Positions 13,901-28,400 of a DNA stretch of 64,000 nucleotides are shown piece by piece. Made by a program: the position numbers and the translations under genes. Under the pieces are notes generated by a model, which saw only the letters and a list, made by a program, of their open reading frames with translations, made no database searches and was not told the origin of the DNA. The DNA is from Lingula anatina (Eukaryota; Animalia; Brachiopoda): contig CM120647.1 in assembly GCA_051362555.1 (NCBI GenBank), forward strand, positions 5,270,001 to 5,334,000. Direction: 5' to 3'. Position 1 is the first letter of the stretch, and each line of letters opens with the position of its first letter.

Positions 13901-16900
13901 GAACAGATGTTGCAGATTGTAACAAAAATTTTATTATAGTGCTTTTATGACATATGCTTTACATATTTGATAGTGAAACACTCATCGGCTTAAATGAATC
14001 ACCTGACGTTAACTATGCCTCCCCCTCCCATGCCTCCCGAAAAACTGCTTCTTTTAATTTCAAAATGAATTGTTTTTAAGACAAAGAAGTTCATTAACCC
14101 TTTTACGACTCAGTCATTGTACAGCATGTTGTAATCGATATTTAAAAAAAAAATATTGTACTCCGCTTTTCAGTGTTCATCCTGGTGCTTTCATCGGGGA
14201 TACCTCAGGTTGAGGTACGATTTCGTCGCTAGGCTAAATCCATATGTTACTGGAATACATTTAAGTACACGTAAAGCTTTGTAAAGTCCCTATTGTCACA
14301 CATCATAGATACTGAATTTTGTCTTGAATGAAAAAAACAATACCATCAGCTTTTCGTTTTGTGCTTAAACCTTTCATGACTTGGACCGAGGTTTGATATG
14401 CAGTTTACTGTAGCTACTATGATATCCCTCAGCATCTAAATGATAAACGAGGTTGTCTACCTGTAAAAGCAGCAGCGGCGGTTTAAATGATCGCTATCTC
14501 GGTTCCTTTGTTTATGTATTTATTTATTTTTTTCTGACAGTCACACAAAGACCGACGTTGTTTTGTCTTCACATTTTCTCTTCTTTTTTACTGCAGTTAC
14601 TATCGTCAATTCATGAAACCATCGGATAAAGCAATTTAGTGACGGCACATTGAATATAGTCACAGGGTGCATTTCGCTGAGTGTTTACAAGATCTAGCGA
14701 CACATTTTATCTCCCTGCGTTCTAGTCTGATAAATCAGGGGGCGTTTATGCTGAATCGGGGAATCAGTAGATATGTCAAAAAATGAAGAGATTCTCGAGG
14801 AGGCCGGTAGTGTTGAAAGGTCTGAGTAATTTTGTCTGTTAAATGTGAAGGCTAGCTTAGATTATCATACAATGGATGGTATCATAATTGCCTTAGATCT
14901 TCAGTGTGTGCAACAAGTGAAGCAACAAATGATAATAAAAAAACGTCAGGAAGAAAACGAAATATAATATTTTTAAATTTAAACAGTCACTCTGGTGGCT
15001 TTGCGTCATGTCTTTGAATCTGACATCGAATTTAGCCCACAATATTAGTAAATTCAGAATTAATAGCTAAAACGTAAATTGACACCTGCCCTTATTTGTC
15101 AGATAAAAAAAAATGCCGGTGATCCAAGCGGAGGATACGCTTTCCTGAATAAACCGGCGCTGAACGGTGACGGTGTTTTTCTGAACAACTTACCTGTGAA
15201 TCTGTATTAGTTACGAAAAGCCCCCTTTTCAACAGGCATGTTTTATTAATTAATTCATGTCACAGAGTAAATTTATTGGGCTGGTCCACAACGTCCGACA
15301 CAGCAGAATGAATCAAATAACAGCTTTCACAGATTCAACTGCCGTTGGCTATATAGTATCATTACAAATACAATCCGCTGCTCGCGCGAAGCTGTTGAAC
15401 AAAAGGATAGTTCGCTACGAGAGACTGTTTGTTTACATATGTACTCTAAGGGGGGAGTGCCTACCCAGGCAACCAGGGGATTAGGCTAGTCACTGTATTC
15501 CTTCAAAAACCGTTTAGCGACCCTATAATTATCACACTCCCTCTATTGTTTTTTCTGTCGTTATAATCGCCTCTAATCTTCTTATGGTAGATGGAATACA
15601 TGTACACATACATAATATTAGGACGGTGCACTCAAACCCAATATTGCGGTGCATTAAACATGTGTCCATAAATAAAATTGAATTAATTCAAAGTTGTATT
15701 CACTTTTTTAAAAATATCTACGTGTATAGAACAAAAATCTACGACTGTTTCAATTTAAATCTGAATTTTCACCATGTCTTTACATTTTGCAAAAAAGCCC
15801 TAAATGGTAATATGTGTTCCAGAAACGTATGTTAACGTATGTTCCGGGTCGCTCAATTTTAATTTTTATACTGCGTTCCAATATATTTTGTAGTGTTTCA
15901 CTCATGGTAAACTATACATGACGAGGCTGTTTCTATAAATATTTAAACTGTAAGTGGGGTTAGATGATGATTTACTTTATTATTATTCATTGTTACAGGA
16001 GAGTGAAACTTTGATACAAACTTCTTCATGTGGGACCCTAAAATAATCAAATATAGTTTGCAATATATGCACTGGATATTCTTAAGAGCATGCCTGTGAC
16101 ATCGATTGCACCATTATATTGGGTTTGGGTGTATAACATGTTCATGATTCATTGACAAAATACCAATTATACCATTTTTCTTTAAGTTATGTTTAAAAAA
16201 TATTTTTTGGCTTAATTATATGAAAAATCAATGAAATATGACCTCTCCTGACGTTTGTCCCATTATCACTGACCCTTGACTAATTGCCGTAATTATATAT
16301 AATTCATTGATATATTTTACCATGTTGATGTAGTAAGCCCTTTCTCCCCCCTTCCCCAACTTTCAAATAGGGGATATTAAGACTGTTCTCCTCACATTCA
16401 TTTTCATAATTTTATGAAATTCTTGAGGCTCTAAATTGTCATAAGTATTACACTTAAGCGTGGTCACAAATCATTCCTCAAATGCTAAAACATTTATTCA
16501 AACAATGTTTTTTTAAAACTTTTTTGTTTGAATTTTAAGAAACTCATAAACTGTGACCTCTTGTGACCTCTGACCCAATATCAATGACTCCTGACTAATT
16601 GTCACGAATCTTTGACTTATGGAATTAAATGTCTCATACACTAACTCCTTAATGGTATATTAATATATCTTTATCGTTCTCATATTTCCTTTTCCCTACC
16701 CCCATCTGAAAAAAAAAGCAATTGCCACTGGTGGGTTGGAGTTATATAAGGTGTGCAATATACTGCTATCCCACATATTTGGACAATAGAGGCATAGGCC
16801 TTACTAAAATCACTATGATAATTCGTCCTTTTTTTTTTTTTTTTTTTTTTTTATGTCAACACAAGTGGGCCTGATTTGGTATTAAAGTGCAATTTAAGAC

Positions 16901-19325
16901 TAAAACTAGTCTGAGGCTAGTTGGTCTGACTTACTTTAAAAGCGAAAAATCACGAAAACATTGTTTTAAGTGTGAAATTCTAATAATGGATCCCTACAGT
17001 ATAAAAAGATTTTAAATAAAATTAAAACTGAATATTTTTATGGTAGATTGAAGTGACTTTTCGAATGTTTGTGGCAAATAAAAAGGCATATCTTGTTTTA
17101 AAATAAATGTACCTTTTTTATTGCTTTTGAAGCTATATTTTAGGCTCCGATAAATGTGCGAGGGGAGATAACTGCTTTACCACTTCAGTTGAAGTCAGAC
17201 GAGTTACAGTCTTACTCACTGGACTTTCAGTTTGTTTTTAGTCTTAAGATCAAATTAAGACACCTCACTTAAAGGGATAACAACTATTCGTATTAAATCT
17301 AAATTTCACAATAAATACATATTTTTTAGAAAAAAAATAAATAAAATAAAAACAGGGACCAATTTTTAATGTAGAAATGGATTCATTAACCATTGGTAAA
17401 TATGGGAAATTGCTGTATACCCCAGAAAAATTCATTTTTTGGGCAAAATGAACAGTTGTTATCCCTTATTTCTTTAAGATCGCCTCAGACTAGTTTTAGT
17501 CTTAAAATGCACTGTAAGACCAAATCAGACCCATTAGTGAAAGAGTACGGTTCATGGCCTAAATGATGCATATATTACTCGGTCGTTTTAAAGCATATTA
17601 TTAAATCAATTCAACGGGTACCCCTGTTGTATTTACGTATCTCATTATTCCACATTTTTAAACATCTCAGATTTGCCGAATGTTGCTGGGTACCACTGGA
17701 AACAGGATCTTTAAAAAGTATAAAAGTTACAACTAAATATAATGCTGGTATCCGAAACGACACGGGAAAACCAAATGCAAGCCCTGTAACCACAAGTAAC
17801 CCCTTGGTTAGGTAAGTACTTGGTGGCGCAAAACGTGTTTAATGCAAGTAAATTTTCACGGAACACCATATTACTTTAATCACAGATGAATAAGATTAGT
17901 GCAAAAAAAGTTAATATAATTAGCTAGGGAGCTCGCTAATAACGCATTGATCCACTATAATTAAAATGGTTCTTGTCATTATTTTTATTATCAATAGCAT
18001 GGATATCACATGTGGCTATCAATTTGACATCCCGAGTGTTGATGCAGATGGGGATATTGTAAGATGTCGCTGGGCAATTGGATATGCTGAGTGCGGCAAC
18101 GTGTGTGGGCCACTTCCGGGGTCAACTTTGTATCCAGTACGTAAACTCTCTCTCTCTCTCTCTCTCTCTTTTTCTTCCTTATCGTCATATATATATAAAT
18201 CAATTTCCACTTGGAATGCATTTCGAAAGTTTTTGACATGACAAAAACATTCGGGATGCCACAAGAATGGGTAAAAATATTTAGAATGCTCACGGAATTT
18301 TTAGAATGCTCTTCGATTATCCAGGAGTGCACAAAGAATTGTCTTTCCGGCGGCATTCTTGCTCATTCCTCTAGTGTGGCGGGGGCATAATGAAGAATTT
18401 TCAAAATACCAGTAAGAATAACTCACAATGCGCTTCGAACCCACCTGGAATGATTCGTGCACATTCCGGTTGTATTGTATTAGCTCTCAAATGCAGCTCG
18501 AAAGTAGTTGGAACACATTAGGAATATCGTTAATGCTGTCTAAATATAGTGAGAACATCTAGAATGCACTTCGAATGCCATACACGTGTGGTTTCATTGC
18601 TGGCTGAATTACGGCATGGACATAATGAGAGAAGGACGTGAAACGCGGCATCTTCCTTTGAAGCTATGTGCGTTTGGGTAAACATTCGCCCATTGTCTCA
18701 GATAAGCTGTTTTGATAGCTCCACAGGAGCCTGAACAACTTATTATCAAGGTAGCGCGCGCTGTGCCTCATTGAAATTATTTTGTTTTATTGCATGGATA
18801 ACGCAATTTCTCGCGGTCCCTCGTGGTTGCTATGATACAGCATTGCCTCCATCTTGTAGTTGCTATCACATAGACTTGCGTCAACAAGTGGTAATTTGTT
18901 TTGGGTTTTCAGTTTCTTTTCTCTGTTACCTAATAGGCTCTGGCCTTTGTCTGTACTTGTTATCGTTTCCAAGATTGTATTGATATATGTCGAACTGATA
19001 TATAATTGGTTTAAAAGCATGGTGACTAATAAAGCCAGGTAGGTGCAATCCAAACTCATCTGATAACAAGATAATGCAATGTAGCAAGCCAATTACAGAG
19101 GTGAGACTTAAATCACAAATGTGATCAAGATCCACGATCTACTTTTATGACCATTACCCAATGAAATATAATCATGAAGTTTGCATGTGTACATGTCCAC
19201 ATTTATACTTAAATTAAAAGACCAATGAGGGTGTTTGTCAATCGTCTCTATGCTGTTTAGGGACTCCAATTTAAAGATGAAAAATATTAATTATCATTCT
19301 CAAACTGGAGCAGACCGTAGCCGGT

Positions 19326-19417
<92 letters not shown>

Positions 19418-22400
19418 ATTACGTGTTTAATATAACAAAACAACTTGCTATGTCTGTGAGTTATTATCAATAGAAATATTTTACATCCCACAGTGCAAAA
19501 CTAACATATTGGACTCAACGCTTTGGTGGGTAAAATATCAGTTGATTTATTTCAGAACTGTTCCCTTATCATCCCGTCTTCTAAGCGAAGCCTGTACGGT
19601 AGTGGGTTTTATGCAGTAGCAATAATGTTGGAAGATTTCCCTGCAACAGACATAACACAGGGTGGAGTGCAGAAAGACGAAACAACTCCATTGTCAAAGG
19701 TCCCGCTACAGGTCAGGAATATTAAATAAGTATTTAAATTAAAAAAAAAAAAAACTTGGAAAGGACGGTATGGTTAACCCTATCATTGTTGCCTACCCCA
19801 TGGCATTATTATTATTTAAATAGCACTGTTTTGATAGTAACTCAACGCGTAGCCAGATCGCTGTTATGCACACACGCTGCTTCCCTGTAGTTTTTTGTCC
19901 ATAATTATCCACCAGAATGAACCTGCCTTTTGTTTCCTCACGTGGCAGCACGCGTCGCTTACACGTGTCCGTTTGTAGGACAGATCGGCGAAAAGTCGCA
20001 TTTTAAAAGGCCCTTTATGAACTATATCACTTGCGTATTCAGAAAATGACTTTGCTTTTTACTGCCACAGGCATACATGACAGGTTTTTTATTGATTGAT
20101 TGATGTTTGAATTGACGATTGTGTTTCTGAATTTCTCATTTGCCATAATTTGGGGTTTTATAATGTGTGAAATAACTTGGATATTTCAGTATCTTGCTCG
20201 CATAAAGGATGGTTGTAATTGCGGCAACCCGCCCACTTTCACAACTCCACCAGAGACAAAAAACCTACGTGCTGGGCAGACCTTCACGAAGGACTTAATA
20301 GCATTTTATCCCAGTGGGTATGTTTGCACTTGTAAGCACTTCCTTGTTCTATCAGCCTACAACAGGCAACAATTTAAAATGCCATGTATTTAAGACTTCA
20401 GTTGACAACAGAATCTGCGTATCGACATGACAGCACATAATCCACACCCATGCATATATTATATTCATAACATCCACTTCTTTCCACACATATAGAATAA
20501 CTGCCATCAACGTCATTCCACCAACCGGTGCTAATGTGGGTGCAATGGTTACTGTAAATGGTACCACGGCCTCGGTTAACATAACCTGGACTCCGGCCCC
20601 TGCACAGCACGGACACCACCTGATTTGTTATCAAGCCTTTGGCGCTAATAGGTAAGTTCAGACTCATCTAAGACCCTGTTCCCATCCCCAGGTCGACGTA
20701 GCAGGATTGACCAAACTCTGTCACGTTACAGTTTAAATTATGTTCAGTCAAAAATTACAATAGGGTGTTAGCACCTGCACATGATAGCTGGCAATGGTCT
20801 GTAATGGCTCTTACCGAATTAATGCCCGAGCCTTAACACTGAGATGGTCAAGTACTAAATACTCTTCCCTGTTTCCTGAGAATACTCGTGAATGAATGCG
20901 CAGCCGCTTCCTGCTCTGAAACTGACGTTGAATCAAGATGCGCAGTGACGGAGCTCCAATTCAGGAAACCCCTCTAAGGGTTATTGAATAAAGGGGGTGA
21001 TTGTGATAAAACTGCAATACAATATTGGTCACCTCTTACAAATGGAGTGAGATATTTGTTGAGAACGTTTCGGTGAATTGCCCCAATAACGTTCTTTTCC
21101 GTAAAGAACAAAGGTTGTCCCACCTTCGGTATCGTGTGCTTTTATTTATAAATGATCACATCACAGGTGAAGATTGCTATAAATAGTGATTTTCATTCCA
21201 GATGCCATAACTAACATGATAAGTCAGACAGAAAATACAAACTAGCCGTGAAGATATCAATATTTATTCACATGTATAACATGTACCCCCTCAAATCCGA
21301 CGTTTCACTGTGATTTTCACAGGGGTAAAGAAATGTCTATTAAATTGAAATGACACCACCAAATGGCACCAAATTTACAAACATTTTGCATTAGGGTGTG
21401 CTCGTTAAAAACTCCTAGTCTAATTGTGTTTGTGTTTACCGCGTACTGTAATTATCTTCTCTAGGTGGCGGGGCTCGCCTTCAACAAGGGTAACAATTCT
21501 GTGTGATTAGATATTGTCCCATTCTTCCTAAAGACCTTGGGGGAGTTGGTCAAGATTATTAGGAGTTTGGTTCTCCTTTACATTGCACATTTCAATTCAT
21601 GTCACAGATGTTTAGTAAGGTTAATAACAGGGCTCAAAGGTGGTTGCTCTATCCTCTGAACATTGGGTTTCAGCAACAAATCCCTCAGCAGACGATGACG
21701 CCTGCAGTATCCTTGAAGTCACATCTTACAAATGGAGTGAGATATTTGTTGAGGACGTTTCAGTGAATTCCCCCAACAACGTTCTTTTCCGTAAAGAACA
21801 ATGCACTCAAACCGTGGGCTTGCAATTCTCTCCAAACGTGTCACTTCGGCAATATTATCCTTCACAAACCTTCCAAAATGCATTCTGCAACATGCCTACG
21901 GGCCCTTATTTGACCATTTAAGGCATACAACAACTTGTTCCTAGTGATGGTTGACCAAGTTCTGGTAGTACTGGGGTCATTGAACCTAACATTCTCAAAT
22001 GATACTTCATTCCTTCTGCAAAAGGGGACTTCGGGGGTGATCCAGGTTTGATTATGACAGCACACTTGCTCACAGTTATCATGTGGTGAGTGATTCGTTG
22101 CAGAATCTCAATGTTCTGAGGCTGGATCCTGATAATTAACCTACTGGCATGCATTGAAATGTGCAATCCAGAGGAGAACCAAACCCTGAATAGTCCGGAC
22201 TAATTCCGCCAAGCTTTTTAGGAAACATGGGGCATTATCTTACAAAACAGAATTGTTACCCCTGTTGAAGGCAGTGGCACCGTCTACAAGAGATAAATAC
22301 AGTGCGCAGTGGCCACATATGATAATAGACACGTGACCTTTAACTAGCACACCCTAATGATAAATGTGTTTAAATTTGGTGACTCTTAGTAGTGTCATTT

Positions 22401-25400
22401 CAATGTAATGGGCATTTCTTTATCTCCGTGGAAATGACAGTTGGAGCTGAGGAGGTACATGCGATAAATGTGAATAAATGATATAAAATGTGGACATCTT
22501 AACTGCTAGTTTGTATTTTCTGTACCAATAATCATGTTAGTTACGGTATCTGGAATGAAAATCACCATTCATAGCAATTAACTCCTGTGATATGATCATT
22601 TATAAATAAAAGCACATGAAACTGGGGATGGGACAGCCTTTTTGACCTATGTTGTATATACTGAAAAACAAAATCACATAAGATGAAAACATATTGCCAT
22701 AAATTGACGTTTGGCTGTTCAAAACATTAATTGTCTCGTCTGCTGATCTTACTGTATATTCATGAGAAAGAGAAGGAACATTAGAAACAATTAAAATTCG
22801 AATCAGCAGCACATTATATTATATTATATTATATTATATTATATTATATTATATTATATTATATTATATTTACAGATGTCCTGGACCGTACCTTTGTGAC
22901 AAAATTGTAGTAGGTAATGTATAATATTTCGATGTTGGTGGTTGCAACCTTGGAACTTGGGAACCATTGCTAGAATCATGCTTGCACTTGAACGGGATGT
23001 CTTGTTTCATTTTATTTTATAATGGAGCTCTAAATGAATCGTGAATCATTAAGACTGCCATGTTTACAAACATATTAGAGTGGAATATCCAAAGCATTTT
23101 GCACGTTTTTGTGAAGTTTTATCTTCTTAAATGTCTTCAAATATGGAAAGAAGTAATACAAAAAAAATTGAAATACATTGATTGTAAAGGAGTGGTGCAC
23201 TTACTAAGCAGTAATGCAGATACCCATCTGTTATGGAATATTCTAAAACAATGTTGTATGCTGTTTTCTGTAAAATCAATGTTCCGTCAAATTAATTGGG
23301 TCACGGCCCTGGCCTCTTAAATATAGAGAAGATGACATTTCGTTACACTTATTATACATTGACCTTGGCATTGACCCCTTTGACCTTGAAAGACGTTGCA
23401 AAGGATTCCCACTCAGCTCTGGTGACATTGAAAGCTGTTGTAAATGATTGGTAGTGCCTCATTTAGTAGAATTGTTCTTGGTATATTTGGTTACCAAGAT
23501 ATGTAAAGTTAGGTGACCCACCCCATTCTAAGGTGGCTGTTTTGAATTTTTTCGCCAAAAAATGTAACTGCCATGGGAGAATATTTGTGGATTTTTTTTT
23601 TTTTTCTTTGGCTTCATTGGGCCGTGTCTTTGTTTAAATGTTCATAGAACATTCCCTAATGTGCCAACTCACAGACGTGCATTGATATTTAGGTTGTTTT
23701 ATTTGTTGTCTGTGAACGGTCATTCTGTGTCGGAGAGTGTCTCCGGTTTACCCTATATAGTTCTCACCGCATCCACTGCAAGTCAATACATAAATTAAAT
23801 TTGAGCTAGTGCAGGTGAATGGGTGTTTAATTCTAAATGTAAGTCCCTTTTTAAATGTTAGGTGGCTCCCCTCTTTAATTAGTGGACAGGTGCTGCACCT
23901 GGATACCTCACATTTCTGTACTCGTATTGTTGAAGTTTCCAAATTTGGAATTGTTTTCAAATTTTGCTTTGGTTAAAATTTGCTTAAGTGATGGACTTTG
24001 TCTCTTACTCTTTATAATCTGCATTTCAGTTAGTAACATATTCATTTTGTCATTCAAATGGACTTGCATTTAGAATTAAACACTTAAGTGACCAGGTGTC
24101 GTGGATCTCACTCGCCATGTGCTTCTTTCATACTCGTCCATTACCACATCATCCACCAAGCGGTAGCCACGGTCAAGACGCGACCAATCGACAGCCATGT
24201 GTTGGATATAACATTGAATCGCTACACATCTTATTCATTACACATTGATCTCTTACACTTAGTTTGCTTGACAAAATTAATGATTTATCTAACTGTTTAA
24301 TATGCAAGTATTGCTTACAATGTTGTCCCTTCAAAAGTGGAATAAAATATAAAATTAAACGTTCACAGACTCTTCAGTTGACGGCGGATTGTGCCCGTAC
24401 AGCAATTGGAGTGCTTGCTCGGTAACGTGTGAAAATGGTACACAGACACGTTCTGAGGAGTGCAGGTGCCCTGAACCCGCCTACGGTGGCGCCGACTGTG
24501 TAGGTGCCAAAACCGAGACTCAGTCTTGTAGTGGCCCCCCTTGCCCAGGTAACGACCCCCCTCTCTCCCTCTCTCTCTTCTCTCTCTCTCTCTCTCTCTC
24601 TCCCTCTCTCTCTCTCTTCCCCCTCTCTCTCTGAAATCGCAGTTAAAACAGACATTTCATTGACCAAACCTAAAAAACAATATTTTATTATGAACCTTTA
24701 TTGCCTTCCAGTTGACGGCGGATGGTGCACGTACAGTGAATGGAGTGATTGCTCAGTGACATGTGGAAATGGTGCAAACACACGCTCTAGGGATTGCAAG
24801 TGTCCTGAACCCGCCTACGGAGGCGCCAACTGTGTAGGTGCGAAAATCGAGACTCAGTCTTGTAGTGGCCCCCCTTGCCCAGGTAACAACCCCCCTTTCT
24901 CCTTCTCTCTCTTCTCTCTCTCTCTCTCTCCCTCTCTCTCTCTTCCCCCTCTCTCTCTGAAATCGCAGTTAAAACAGACATTTCATTGACCAAACCAAAA
25001 AACAACATTCCATTATGTACTTATATTGCCCTCCAGTTGACGGTGGATGGTGCACGTACAGCGATTGGAGTGATTGCTCAGTGACTTGTGAAAACGGCAC
25101 CCAGACACGCTCTAGGGAGTGCCAATGTCCTGAACCCGCTCACGGTGGCGCCACCTGTGTGGGTGCGACAACCGAGACTCAGTCTTGTAGTGGCCCCCCT
25201 TGCCCAGGTAACAACCCCCCCTTTCTCCCTCTCTCTCTTCTCTCTCTCTCTCTCCCCTCTTTCTCTCTCGGAAATCGCAGTTAAAACAGACATTTCATTG
25301 ACCAAACCAAAAAACAACATTTATTTTTTTATTTTTTTTTTTATTTTTTTTTTTTTATTATTGCAATAGAAAGAAGCAAGTACATAAATTTTACAAGCAC

Positions 25401-28400
25401 ACAATATTCATTACAATACCAAAGTCCACAAGGATTTAACGTATAAAAAATTACAGTCAATAATTTGTATACATGCAACTAGACAAATCCATATATACCT
25501 ATCCATTTCTGCCATATAACATTGAATTTATCTACATCTTGAGATACAATGTATTTTTGCTTATAGATTTTGTATATATTTTCTAAGTAAATTTGAAGTT
25601 TTGTGAGTAACAGTGTGTCTTTCTGACATTTTGTTTTGTATATGAAAAACTTAATATGTATAGTCATGATTATATTGGATACATTACGTTCATTAATGTC
25701 AATTAAAATAAACTGTATATTACTGAAATTTAAATATATATTACAAGAAATTAACCATGCTTCTACTTGGCGCAAGAAATTTTGTACAATATTGCAATCC
25801 CAAAGTATATGATATATAGTTTCTACCTCCTCGTGGCAAAATGTACACATAGGTGATTGAGATAGGCCAGTTTTATATACAAAGTTATTTGTGGTGAGGA
25901 TTCTATAGAAAATTCGAAACTGGAACCACAGCATTTTTGTGTCCTTTACCGACACATTGGTTTTCTTATATATCTTTTCCCAAAAATTATGATCCCGAGG
26001 AGTAAGAATATTTGACCATTTTTCCTCAAAAGTAGGCCTAGTATTCGAGCTATTTAATATGTCGTACATATCTTTTGAGCCCCTTGTTTGTCTAACAATA
26101 ACTCGTATACTTTCTGGTTGCCACGGACCGTACCTTTTGATTTTATGCGGATTTTCATTTTTTCTGTATAGATCTTTTATTGTTGCGATAATACCATTGT
26201 ATTGTAAAAAATTGATTTTGATATTGGCGAGTTCAGAAAATTCCTTTTATGAATATAGTCTACCTTTTTCATTGATAAGATCGTTCACTTGTCTATATCC
26301 TTTGCCATACATCTCTTTATGGAACAGCGTCTCTTTATTTATCCTCAAAGAGTCATTGTACCATAACGGGACTCTATTCAATTTAGTCATTTGTTCTTTT
26401 TTTTTTTTTTTCAACAATTCCCGCCAAGCTAAAAAAACATCCTTCCAAAATAAATTATGTGTGCCTGTTTGACAGAAGCGCAAATATTCACAACCACAGT
26501 TTAGCATCAAGTCTAATTTATATCTATGCAAAATGATATTTTGCCAAATACCCTCCGTATTTATCAACCGTCTCACCCAAGTTAATTTTAATGCCATTAT
26601 TGAAGCTTCTACATTTATCATATTTAGTCCTCCATCTTTTATTTTTTTACATACTATTTCCCTTTTTACTTTATCCGGTTTACCTTTCCAAAGGAATCCA
26701 AAGATTAGCTTTTTTAGCTCCTTAATTATTTGGTTAGATGGGTTAGGCAGTGAAATAAAAAGATGATTAAATTTCGATATTATGAGACTTTTTATCACTG
26801 TAATTCTGCCGACGGGGGTCAAAATTCGTCTTTCCCATAAATTAAGTAATCGTTCAGTACTTTCAATTTTTCCCCGATAATTCCTTTCACTTATAGTATC
26901 TAGTTCAACATAGAATTTAATACCTAATAATTTAAAAGACGTTGCACCCCATATTAATGTCCAATTTTCGCACAGTTTCTCATTTGAATTCTTTTTACTC
27001 CCTATCCAAATAACCTGAGTCTTGTCATAATTTATTTTTAAACTCGAAATTTTTTCAAACCATCTTAGATCCTGTAGGGAGGCGTTAAGGGACTGTTCAG
27101 AACCATCTAAGATTAAGGACGTATCATCTGCATATTGCGATATCTTGTATTCATTTTCCCCAATTTGTATTCCTTTAATTTGAGGGTTGTTCTTTATGCT
27201 TACTGAAAGAATTTCAGAACATAACAAAAATAAATATGGTGATATCGGATCACCTTGTCTCAGGCCACGCTGTGGTTGAAACATTTCGGATAAATGACCG
27301 CCTTGATTTACTCTTGAAGTAATGTTTTTATAAAAGGTTTTAATGTAATTCATTATGTCTGGGCCAAAATTAAAGAAGATAAGAACTTGATTTAGAAAGT
27401 TCCAAGATATACTATCGAATGCTTTCTCAAAATCTATTAGAAGTAATAATCCAGGTATATGGTTTTCCTCAGTATATTGCATGAGATCATAGATTAAACG
27501 AGTATTTTCCCCTATGTATCTCCCTTTTAAGAAACCAGTCTGTTCTTTACTTATCAGTTTATCCAATACCGTTTTTATTCTACTTGATACGACACCTGAG
27601 GCAATCTTGTAAACGGTATTCAATAGTGTAATAGGGCGCCAATTTTTTTAAAAATTGTTTTGGTCTATCCTCCTTCGGAATGCATGTTATGATTCCCTCC
27701 CTTTGGGTGACAGAGAGCTGCCCATGTGTAAGACCATAATTTAAAGATCGTATGACAAAGGTCCCTACTTTCGCCCAAAAAAACTTTAAGAATTCCACAG
27801 TAAATCCGTCCGAACCTGGACTTTTATCACTTCTCATTTTTGTGAGGAATGTCTTGGCTTCAACATTAGTTATTGGACCTTCTAGACTTTCCCTCTCATC
27901 TGTAGTCAGTTTTGGTACGTTAAAATCTTTTAAATTTGTTTGCCAATCAATATTAGCACACTGTGTATTTTCTGAGTACAATTTTTCGTAAAACTTTTTT
28001 GTAATATAATCATTTTCACCAATCTGTAGTCGGGGAATAATTTTTTCTGTAAATCTTCTTTTTTCAAGGCTAAACAAATATTTTGTGGGTTTTTCTCCCT
28101 CAGTTAACCATTTCACGCGTGATCTAATAATACTACCTTTTAACCTTGCACTTCTCATCTCAACTAACTGTTGTTTTTTCCTTTCTAATTCTAGTTGAAG
28201 ACGGGCATCACAATTTTCATAATCTTCTGTTAATTGTTCTATTTCTTTCATAAGCCCTTTTTCTACCTCTTGTATTTTTTTTCTTTTTAAAACATGCATA
28301 CGAAATAGTCGTTCCTCTTAAACGTAAAAGCAAAAGTTCTAGAAACATCTGATCATTCACCATGAACTGCAATTCCTGGTCAGGAATGTTGTCAACATTT

